Origin: Schizochytrium sp. TIO01
Lineage: Eukaryota > Protista > Bigyra: Labyrinthulomycetes
DNA: 64,000 nucleotides
Reading direction: 5' to 3'
Assembly (NCBI GenBank): GCA_004764695.1
Contig: SMSO01000031.1
Span: 3,882,436 to 3,946,435 of the forward strand
Made by a program: the position numbers and the translations under genes. Positions 11,559-20,226 of this stretch are shown one piece after another (positions within the stretch are counted from its first letter, which is position 1; every line of letters begins with the position of its first letter). The notes below the pieces were generated by a model. It was not told the origin of the DNA and did no database searches. It was given only the letters and a program-made list of their open reading frames with translations.

Positions 11559-12335
11559 TCATGTCACAGTCGACTTAACAACATTGTAGCTATGAGTTTG
11601 CGTTTGTATACGTTGAATAAGCCCTATAAGAGTTTGAATTTTAGTATTTTGGCGGCGTTGCTCCTCTTGTAACTCTCGCACAAGGGCTTCCGTAGCGTGC
11701 ATTCTACGCGTTAGATCATAATTATGAGCTCGAACATCAGCATAAGCACCACTTTTGAACGTGACTTCAGATTCTAAAGATTCAAGACGATCTTGAAACC
11801 CCAAAGATATCGATGTAGCTTGTGTACATTGCTCCTTGATATCCATAACTTGCCCCCGGAAAGAGTCTTGCAAGGATTTGAGTACTTCATTGACTTTCTC
11901 ACGAAATGCAGTTAAGGAAGCACTTGTGTCAGCACGAAGAGCGGATAGTGCTGCCTCAGTCATTTCACAACGTTGGTCTACAGACCCTGAAACCCGTGCT
12001 TCTAATTCACTCAAAGAGGCTTCGAGAGTGTCAAGCCTGCGAACAACATTTTGTGCGCGTAATTTGTTTTCTAAAGCGTCCACTTGTTCAGTTTCCTCCA
12101 GCTGGTGCTGTAAATGCTTGATTCGAGCTTCGATCTTCTCCAGGCGAGCAGCATCTTCCGCTGCTTTAATGGCCCCGCTTTGTTGATCTTCTGAGTAATA
12201 TCTTGATCTTGCAGTCTTGCTAGAGGATGGCCTTTGTTGCGAAGTAGGGTGCGGCTGACGAATCTTGCGACTTGGTGTTGCACGCTGTGTAGAACGGTAT
12301 CTCTCTTGCATCACTTCTGTTCGAGACAAACACAT
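11559..12335 (-). CDS. Coiled-coil protein of unknown function
   Basis: About 258-aa ORF from the first ATG, with long heptad-rich helices. Start uncertain. Confidence 0.6.
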   Translation of the reverse strand: MCLSRTEVMQERYRSTQRATPSRKIRQPHPTSQQRPSSSKTARSRYYSEDQQSGAIKAAEDAARLEKIEARIKHLQHQLEETEQVDALENKLRAQNVVRRLDTLEASLSELEARVSGSVDQRCEMTEAALSALRADTSASLTAFREKVNEVLKSLQDSFRGQVMDIKEQCTQATSISLGFQDRLESLESEVTFKSGAYADVRAHNYDLTRRMHATEALVRELQEEQRRQNTKIQTLIGLIQRIQTQTHSYNVVKSTVT

Positions 12336-13072
12336 GTGCAATGTTGAAGAATTAACCTTTTTCGAGAAGCGCTCGACTCGACCGGGCTTCCTCTACCCAG
12401 AAGCTGAAAAACTCGACATTAATCGATTTGTGGCTTCGTTTTGATAACTTTGTGGATCTTCCTCAGTCTCCACTCTCAGAGAAGGGGATTAACTTTATTC
12501 TTCTAGCTGTTCTTTATTTCTGTCATTGAACGTTCAACTTTATGAAAGCCTACTCAGTCATTCTCGAGTGGGTAAGCATAATGAAAATAAACTACCCGTA
12601 GGTAGCACTATATACTTTGTATGTGAATAGGTAGGTAGGTATAAGTAGGATGGCTTTCAATTCCCTTAAAAACTGCACTCTCACTAGTCAAAACGATTGC
12701 TCAGTAAGATGAAGGTAGTGTAAGCACCTGATCATAGTTGTATATATATTTACTACCACGATATATGTACTATATTATCTGAATAATGTGAAGAATAGTG
12801 GTGTCTGGTATTATGTGTGAAGAGGAGACAGTAACGAGGATTAGTGATTGTCAGCTAGTACCTATTGTGACATAGTAGCAGGTGTCTCTATGATCTATGA
12901 AAGGATTGGTAAATAGGAGCTTTGAGCTTTGATGTAGGCCTAATATGCCCTAATACGGGTATTGGTGGGAGAAGCAATCCTACTGTTTATGTTATATGGG
13001 TGTATTGTCTAGTCCAAGGCAGGGAGAAGAGGGTTTAAAGAAAGGATAAAGAGAAAAGAAAAGAAAGCAAGG

Positions 13073-13130
13073 GCAGAGCAGCAGAGCAGAGCAGAGCAGG
13101 GCAGAGCAGGGCAGAGCAGGGCAGAGCAAG
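13073..13130 (+). repeat. (GCAGA/GCAGG)n pentamer microsatellite
   Basis: Direct inspection; upstream of MRPL21. Confidence 0.9.
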
Positions 13131-13407
13131 GGAAAACAAGGAACCCTAGCCAACCCAGCATATAGACAGCCAGGGCAGGGGCACAAGCAGATACATAGGC
13201 AGGCACATAGGCAGACAGGCAGGCACGTCAGCTGCCAGCCTCTCCCAAAGGCAAGCGCACAAGCTTCTCTTTGCTTTCGCAAGCGAAGACATACTAGTTG
13301 AAGTGAGAAAAGAAGACCAAACAAAAGTAATATTTAAAATTAAAGTTAAGAGAGCATAAGCCAAAGCAAAGACAGAAAGCAAAGCATTCTACGCTAGTCA
13401 CAAGACC

Positions 13408-14115
13408 ATGCGGGCGGCTCTTCTTTGTGCGCGGGCAACCGCAAGGACACAGCGCGGTGCCCCTGTGACCTCTCAACTCCGTGGAAATGTGCTCGCCTCC
13501 TCCTCGCCCTCTCTCTCTTCTCCCCTCGCGCCTCTGTCCATGAGCAACAGCACTCAGTGGCTCTCCCTCTCCTCGGACCTCCAGAGCCGTCTCAGCTCGA
13601 GTGTGAGCAGCTCCTCTTCAGGCGAGAGCTCTGAGCTCCCTCCTGTACGTGCGTGGAGGGCACGTCTGAACAAGCAGGCTATGGAGAAGGCCGCTTTGCG
13701 CAAGGCCGAGTCCGCAGCCCAAACTACACAGACAACTGTAGTGGAGCACCCTTCAAAGCTGCCCTTCAGGGACCCCAATGCGCCCAGCAAGTTTGCTGTC
13801 GTCGCTCTCTCTGGCACACAGTACAAGGTTGTCGAGGATGACCTCATCGTCTGTAGCCTCCTCGACAATGCGGAGGTTGGTGAGAAATATGTAATTGATG
13901 ACGTCCTGCTCGTTGGAGGCCTCGACAAGACCGTCATCGGTAGACCACGCATTGCTGGAGCCACCGTCACAGCTATGGTGGAGGAGATCACCAAAGATCA
14001 GAAGGTGATTATTATGAAACGCCGCACCAAGAACCACAAGAGCCGTCGCACCAAGGGCTTTCGTCGCGACGTCACTTTTCTGCGTATCGCAAGTATAGAC
14101 TATGAGTTAAAGTAA
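13408..14115 (+). CDS. MRPL21: Mitochondrial ribosomal protein bL21m
   Basis: Presequence plus FAVVALSGTQYKV, VLLVG..TVIGRP, KVIIMKRR...RRTKGFR. C-ending codon bias. Confidence 0.93.
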   Translation: MRAALLCARATARTQRGAPVTSQLRGNVLASSSPSLSSPLAPLSMSNSTQWLSLSSDLQSRLSSSVSSSSSGESSELPPVRAWRARLNKQAMEKAALRKAESAAQTTQTTVVEHPSKLPFRDPNAPSKFAVVALSGTQYKVVEDDLIVCSLLDNAEVGEKYVIDDVLLVGGLDKTVIGRPRIAGATVTAMVEEITKDQKVIIMKRRTKNHKSRRTKGFRRDVTFLRIASIDYELK

Positions 14116-15182
14116 TTTTGATTGGTGAGCAATCTTGTAAACTTGTGGCTTGCCGCGTGCCCTGGAGCGCGAGCTGTAAGCTTGCCATTTAGGGGTCCAT
14201 ATCTGGCAATGAAGACATACATGTCTCCTAAACAATCCAAAACTTTATGACGTACCCATTCGTTCTCTAAGCGAAGCCCTTCATTATTCAGAGTGGTGAT
14301 GTCTCCATCGCCTTTGAAAACAACAGAGTTAGCCAACGAACCTCCCTTAGCTAGGCCCATTGCTTGCATAGGAGCGACATCTTGCTCAAAACAAAACGTG
14401 CGTGCTGGGGCAATCATATTTCGGAATTCATTTGAGACACCTTTCTGCGCAGCATCGTAGTAATGTGTGTACGAGACAACCTTTGGCCCAGGGAGTCTAC
14501 CTTGAAAATCATCCACTTCAACCTCTAATTCAAGACGAGGTCTGAATCTATCTTTGCATTGACTTGAATGACTTCTATTTAGTGCTTCTTGAGCGGCTCC
14601 CCTTGCAGAGGAAGAGGATGAGTGCGGTTTGAGTTCGTACTTTCGGTTTTCTGAGGACAACAGATCAAGAACTAAAACTGAATTCACAGAGTTAATTTTC
14701 AAGGGTGGAGAGTTAGTACGCCCATCTTCATTTGAAGAAAATAATGCAATCTGGTCCTGTAGACCATCTAGAAATTGCAGTGCAGATCCATCCAAAATTG
14801 GAATTTCAGGACCTTGTACCGTCACTGTTGCATCAGTTATACCACAACCCAGAAAAGTTGCCAACAAATGCTCTACCGTCCGAATTTTTCCATCACCTCC
14901 ACAGTCTAGCTCTGTGCAAAGCGCGCTCTCTCGTACTAAAGTCGGCGCAAGTATGTGTCTTGTGCACGACTTGCTGTCTTTCACTATGAAGCCAACGCCT
15001 GATCCTGGGGGTGCTGGTTCTACGCTAAGTGAGCAGTATACACCTGAATGAAGCGCTGTTCCTCCGAACGTGACAGCTTGTTTCACTGTCGCGCGAGCAA
15101 TTGAAGCAAGCATAATAGGCAATAAACCTGCCCAAAGGTTTCTGCTTCTTCGAAAGTGGCGTAGGGGAATATATCTACCCAT
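14100..15182 (-). CDS. lpxC: UDP-3-O-acyl-N-acetylglucosamine deacetylase LpxC, probably organelle-targeted
   Basis: GTALHSG, TVEHLLA, EIPILDGSA, IAPARTF, GLAKGGSLAN, RHKVLDCLGD, GHAASH: zinc ligands and catalytic residues present. Basic N-terminal extension. Confidence 0.92.
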   Translation of the reverse strand: MGRYIPLRHFRRSRNLWAGLLPIMLASIARATVKQAVTFGGTALHSGVYCSLSVEPAPPGSGVGFIVKDSKSCTRHILAPTLVRESALCTELDCGGDGKIRTVEHLLATFLGCGITDATVTVQGPEIPILDGSALQFLDGLQDQIALFSSNEDGRTNSPPLKINSVNSVLVLDLLSSENRKYELKPHSSSSSARGAAQEALNRSHSSQCKDRFRPRLELEVEVDDFQGRLPGPKVVSYTHYYDAAQKGVSNEFRNMIAPARTFCFEQDVAPMQAMGLAKGGSLANSVVFKGDGDITTLNNEGLRLENEWVRHKVLDCLGDMYVFIARYGPLNGKLTARAPGHAASHKFTRLLTNQNYFNS

Positions 15183-15389
15183 TTTCAATTTTTTTATTTT
15201 TTATTTTTCCAAATTATTTTTTCGCTAAACTTTTTTATAGTTAAAAATAAGTATTAGAATATGTAATAGATACCATATGGGGAAAATAGTTATAGATATT
15301 GTGTACAAGTAGGCTTCAGAGAATCCAAAACAAATGATTAAGGGGAATACCCTGACCTCAGGTGACTGGTGAGATTGGTGTCGCTTTTT

Positions 15390-15460
15390 CACGCTCTCAC
15401 TGGTCAGAGTTTACTCAGATTAGTCCTTTGATTTGGGTGGAAATTAAAGTCAAGAACAAC
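15390..15460 (+). repeat. Copy of a roughly 75-bp dispersed intergenic repeat
   Basis: CTCTCACTGGTCAGAG...GTCCTTTGATTTGGGTGGAAATTAAAGTCAAGAACAA, preceded by an inverted head TGACTGGTGAGA at 15363. Confidence 0.65.
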
Positions 15461-15684
15461 TTCATGACGTTTGTGAACTGAAAGGATAGCTTGTAGCATT
15501 AACCATCCACAAAAAGTTTTGGTAGGATAGTGGCAACAGTCCTGCACGGAAAGTTACAAAATGTGCAACTACGCTGATGAGGCGCGCATAACGTTTACAA
15601 CCTCTATCACACAGAGACAAGGAACGCGGGATATGCTTCAAATATAGCTTACGCCCGAAAACAACTTTATAAAACTCGTGAAAT

Positions 15685-18657
15685 TTAGCTTTTATGACGG
15701 CTGGGAATTGCCAATTTCTTCAGTATTTGTTGGCAGCGTTGTAAAGAGCTTGGCGAATGATTTTTCAACGCCAAGCTTTCAGCAGTCTCCACTAGATTGT
15801 AAATAAAGCGATCAGCAGCCTCTTGCTGTGTTGATTCATAGCAGTAGTATGTGAGAAGAATTTCCGCAAAATGAAGACACACAGCCGAACATGTCTGCTG
15901 AGCATAAAATCTGAATTCACCTTCATCTGAATCCTCGTCTGTCTGCCTTGAATTTGTCTTCAAAATTGCTACATCTTCATCCCATAGACTTTTCACAATC
16001 TCCATTGCAAACTCAGTGATGCTTGTTTCAGAAGCTTGATAAAATGAAAAGAGTGGCGCATCTAAACGCGGCATAGGGCATCCTTCAACTAAGCGAGCCC
16101 AAGGAGTACTTCCAAGACACTGCAAAAGCGCTAAGCGTCCATATGCACGTAGTCCGAGACTTGGATCCCATTTATCCACGTTTTGTAAACGGCTATAAAC
16201 TTCACGCAAGTAATGAAGAGAGTTTACTGGAGGTCCTAGAACAGTAGTGACACAACCAAGGAAGTACTTCACATACTCGAGACGATCAGCTTCTACACTA
16301 ATATTATCAAAGGCATTAAGAGCTTCTTTCAAGTGTCTATCCATTTGCGGAAGCAACCCATTTGAGAAAGCTACTTGCGCACAATAGCACGAGAGTGTAA
16401 ACCGACGTTTTACCCCTTGAATTGATGGCGTACTTATATGGCAGAATGCAAGGCAAGATCTCGCAAAGTTCTTACTTTGCTTATTGTGAGTGCAACCAGG
16501 CATTGACTCGAGTTTCTGCATCGCTAACGAAGCAGAACTCACTATAATATGTTGTTGGACTGTTTCAAGACTTGGGAACGAGGCACGACAGTCTCCCAAG
16601 AATTGGAATTTTTGTTCAAGATTGCCTTCGAGATCTGCAGCTGCAATAAACTGACATATCAAAGCGCCAATCTCACAACATTCTTCCTCTGGCGTTTTAG
16701 CATCAATAGTATCATGTAGATCACGCGCCAATGCTAGGTTGAGTTGAGGGGTTGTCACACCCAGGAAGCCTGAACAATTCTTTAAGAGCAGTTTTCCAAG
16801 TGTACGTTTCCTTGGATTGTTTGAAATGTATTCGTAAACTTGCAAAGCAAAATTGAATGCTGAGGTACCATCTTTTGTCCAAGATCCAAAGTTAGGTGTA
16901 TTAAACCGGGAGGTTGCTGCAACTTGGCAAATTCGTTGCAAATCAAGCTCTAAGTAACCCAATACTTCAGGATTTCCCCGCATAGATGTCAGCTGCTCAA
17001 GAAGTACTTGTTGAATAGTATTTAAAAGCTCAGAGCTGGCTTGAGTTAAGGTGAGAAGGTGAATCAAAGCAGCAGTGCAGTGCACAAAGTCTGTTTTGCA
17101 AGACAGTGTTTTAATCGATGACCAGAGCGCAGATACATATTGCACATATGAGTTTTTTTTTGAACGGGGAAATTCTGCAATCAATGCTTCAGTGATTCGA
17201 TAAAGTGCTACCATCTGTGTTTCTTCGTCCCAAAGCTCTTTGTTTAGAAGATTGAGCAGTCTGCTGGCATTTTTGGCAACTAAATGAGAAGGGAACCCCG
17301 ACAGAAGCGCCTTAAAGCCCTCATCTAAGTTCATGCAGTGGGTAAGTGCGTCCTCAAAACACTCTTCGTACACACAGTCTCCAAGTGCTTGAACTATCCA
17401 CTCTACTGCAGACATATTAACTTTCCGTTGGGTACTCCAGCCTTGGTTTTGCGCGGTCCGTACCTCGATAGCACAGCGATTGCGTTTGTCATTGATGCAC
17501 ATAGCATAATCATGCAAACTACTTAGCGAAATACGGCACCATCTAATCTTTAGTTCACGGTTGGCCCCATGTTTATTGAAGTATGAGTATAATACAGATC
17601 TTCCGGTATGCGCAAACCAAGCACGGCAGTAAAGGTTTACCAAAGGGTTCCCAAGTCCTCGAATTGCTGTGCAGATGTGATTCAACAACGTCATATCATT
17701 TTTCGCCTCGCTCATGGTTCTCATAGAAACAAAGGACGAACATTGGCAAAGAGCTAATTGTATGTACAACCGCGGCAAGAGCTCACGAATACTCGCAACC
17801 CTTGCAACCCATTCATTGTAAGTTGCAGAGGAATCCTTTTCAGAGTTCATTTGCAAACTTTTCACCAGAGACAGTATGAAATCACTAAGCACCTCCATTA
17901 CATGAGCCCAAAGAAATGGGTATTGCAGTGGCGAAGATGTATCGATGAGGAGCTTCACCGCATGAATCACAATATGAAGTGCCTGCGTAAACTCGTTCTG
18001 CTTCCATGCTTTCCGCAACAGCGTACGTAACCTTCGAATAGAATCAATACACTCTTTCTGCGTCAAATGCACAATTCCATCCTCAACTCGGTGCAACATT
18101 CTTGATCTTGTATGGAGGTGATCAAGGCGCAATCGCGCTCTTGATAATGCGACTGGTTTAAAGAACAAATTTTTGCTTGTATCAACATCATTGGATACTA
18201 AATTAGAAGACACAAGTAGATCACTCTGCACTCGAACCTGGTTAGAGAAGATCTTTTCTTTGCAACGATATAAAAATGAAAGCCATGAGGAATCGTATTG
18301 TAGTGACTGTAAAGAACGATTTGACTTCACTTTCTGTTCATCATGAAGTTCACAAAGCGAGAAGTCTCTTTCAAGAGACTCGCTAACTATGTCGTGCAAT
18401 CCTGAAGGAGCTATGATAGTATTTAAAGGCAATGGCAAGGAGAGAGGATCCTCGCTAGTCCGTGTGAGCTGCCCAGTCGCTTGTTGATTGGGCTGCTGCT
18501 GGTCACTGTCCACGACAATTCCAGTTTTGCCATAGGTCGCATCTTCCTCGCCTGAAGTAAGCGTATAAAGTAAAGGGTCCGCATGAGCAAACGCCCGAGC
18601 AAGCTCGATAGTTGGCTTTATCTGCCTCTTCTTTGGTGTCCAGGTGACCTCCATCAT
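15685..18657 (-). CDS. VPS35L: VPS35 endosomal sorting factor-like (Retriever subunit, C16orf62 family)
   Basis: LTQKECI, AWKQNE...ALHIVI..VKLL, YPFLW, W..RVASIRELLPRLY, IRGLGNPL..YCR, CRASF, CLAFCHISTPSI. Confidence 0.88.
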   Translation of the reverse strand: MMEVTWTPKKRQIKPTIELARAFAHADPLLYTLTSGEEDATYGKTGIVVDSDQQQPNQQATGQLTRTSEDPLSLPLPLNTIIAPSGLHDIVSESLERDFSLCELHDEQKVKSNRSLQSLQYDSSWLSFLYRCKEKIFSNQVRVQSDLLVSSNLVSNDVDTSKNLFFKPVALSRARLRLDHLHTRSRMLHRVEDGIVHLTQKECIDSIRRLRTLLRKAWKQNEFTQALHIVIHAVKLLIDTSSPLQYPFLWAHVMEVLSDFILSLVKSLQMNSEKDSSATYNEWVARVASIRELLPRLYIQLALCQCSSFVSMRTMSEAKNDMTLLNHICTAIRGLGNPLVNLYCRAWFAHTGRSVLYSYFNKHGANRELKIRWCRISLSSLHDYAMCINDKRNRCAIEVRTAQNQGWSTQRKVNMSAVEWIVQALGDCVYEECFEDALTHCMNLDEGFKALLSGFPSHLVAKNASRLLNLLNKELWDEETQMVALYRITEALIAEFPRSKKNSYVQYVSALWSSIKTLSCKTDFVHCTAALIHLLTLTQASSELLNTIQQVLLEQLTSMRGNPEVLGYLELDLQRICQVAATSRFNTPNFGSWTKDGTSAFNFALQVYEYISNNPRKRTLGKLLLKNCSGFLGVTTPQLNLALARDLHDTIDAKTPEEECCEIGALICQFIAAADLEGNLEQKFQFLGDCRASFPSLETVQQHIIVSSASLAMQKLESMPGCTHNKQSKNFARSCLAFCHISTPSIQGVKRRFTLSCYCAQVAFSNGLLPQMDRHLKEALNAFDNISVEADRLEYVKYFLGCVTTVLGPPVNSLHYLREVYSRLQNVDKWDPSLGLRAYGRLALLQCLGSTPWARLVEGCPMPRLDAPLFSFYQASETSITEFAMEIVKSLWDEDVAILKTNSRQTDEDSDEGEFRFYAQQTCSAVCLHFAEILLTYYCYESTQQEAADRFIYNLVETAESLALKNHSPSSLQRCQQILKKLAIPSRHKS

Positions 18658-19312
18658 GATAAATGAAGCCGTATCTGTGGATCATTTAGTGTTACAACCG
18701 CGATAACTATCGAGGCCCTCTCACTAGTAAAAATCAAGCCAAGACAATCTCTCTAAAGAAAATCAGTATTAGGTTAGTACCTACTGGATTTCAGAATAAA
18801 TGTGTTAGGTATTATGAATAGGCACGGTGCTATAATAGGAGCTCTTATCATCAACTCTTGAAGTACTCTAGAGATTATAGTTCTACCATATTTAAATCAT
18901 GCTTTGCCATCTATGTTTTTCTAAATCTTGGGCATGGTCGCTCAAAATGACAACAAGAAGCAAATACAAGCTCTACATCAATAAGTCAGAATATGTTCCA
19001 TTGCCTTTGTTTTATCAAATGACTTTTTATGATGATACGGCCTCATCGGATACGCTGCCTTGAACTCGGGTCTGGAAAAGGAAAAACTTACCTCAAACTA
19101 AGATGCTAATTCTTTTCAGGTTCTTTGCCACCTGGAATGGTTGCTTTTCTATTATTATTATTATTATTATTTTATTTATATATTTCTTTGAATAATAATA
19201 ATAATAGTAATAATAATATACTATAACAGGGAAAGTAATAACTATTATCTCCACCTAGCTAGCTTCCTTGAGGATGCTGTGTATACTATACCAAGTCCTT
19301 GGAGATTAATTC

Positions 19313-19597
19313 GAGTTGAGTTTTTACACAGTTTGAAGTCGAAGGATTTTGGTCGGAGTAGCCTTGACTTGCAGGAGTGCCTACGCCGTACCACCTGCAT
19401 ACCTGATAGTGCCAAATGAGTGATTGTTTTGACTTGAGTTTTTACGCAAGCTAAAAGATTTATAAACTCATTACCTCTGACTTATTAGAGTGTATTAGCG
19501 CCAAAACTATTGCCATATGAATAAAAAAACACTCTCGGAGGCAGCTCATTAAAAAGTAACCTTGGGTTAAACTCACTGCAAGCCACAACAATCACTC
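19313..19597. repeat. Cluster of three copies of the dispersed repeat (-, -, +)
   Basis: Copies at 19313-19379 (-), 19418-19492 (-) and 19530-19597 (+). Confidence 0.65.
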
Positions 19598-20226
19598 AGA
19601 TCGAACTAAATCATTGGCCTTTCCAGAGTCTAAAGTGGAGAGTGGTATAAATGTTTGTTCTAGTACGAGCACATGCCACTCTCACTCATCCATATAAACC
19701 TTCTGGTAGTAGTAAATGTTTTAGGTACAAAGTAGAACTAAACGCGAGAACTAGATAAAAAGCTGAGAAGTAGTACTACTGCCTATGTCTAACTACCTAC
19801 TGCTAGTTATTTTGAATTTTTAAAAAATTAAAAAAGGATTTTCGGATTAGCCTCTAACTAGGTACCTACTGAGTAGAATACCAAGGTGAGCTGAAGCGGA
19901 GCCTTCAACCGAAGCGAAGCACAATCAATACCTTTACTGGAGGTCGAAGATATCAGAGCAGATACAGAAAGCCCAGGCGAGTCTACGAACTTTGCAAAGT
20001 CCGCAGACCTCTTTTACATAAATATATATGAAATAGAAAGGTATTCTGCCAGAGACAAGCTTGCTTGGAAAGTGGTTTCCAAGAGGAAAAGATCTGACCC
20101 CATCGGCTTAACATAAATAGCAACCACTCGTGATCTCAGTCCAAGACTGCCCTAAGCTCTGAAGGTATCTCAGTAACGACTGGCAAGGACTATCGAACAT
20201 TTCTTTACCAAGTGATTGAAAGTAAA

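Noticed and set aside
12393-12419. In-frame ATG 12419 followed by TAG upstream of the coiled-coil ORF (possible readthrough)
   Set aside because: No evidence for recoding; more simply a short uORF or 5' UTR.
12992-13382. Cys/Leu-rich minus-strand ORFs and a possible antisense intron at 13009-13294
   Set aside because: Explained by purine-rich microsatellites upstream of MRPL21; no transcript evidence.
14100-15182. Bacterial contamination suggested by lpxC
   Set aside because: It overlaps a eukaryotic gene with a presequence and has no operon context.
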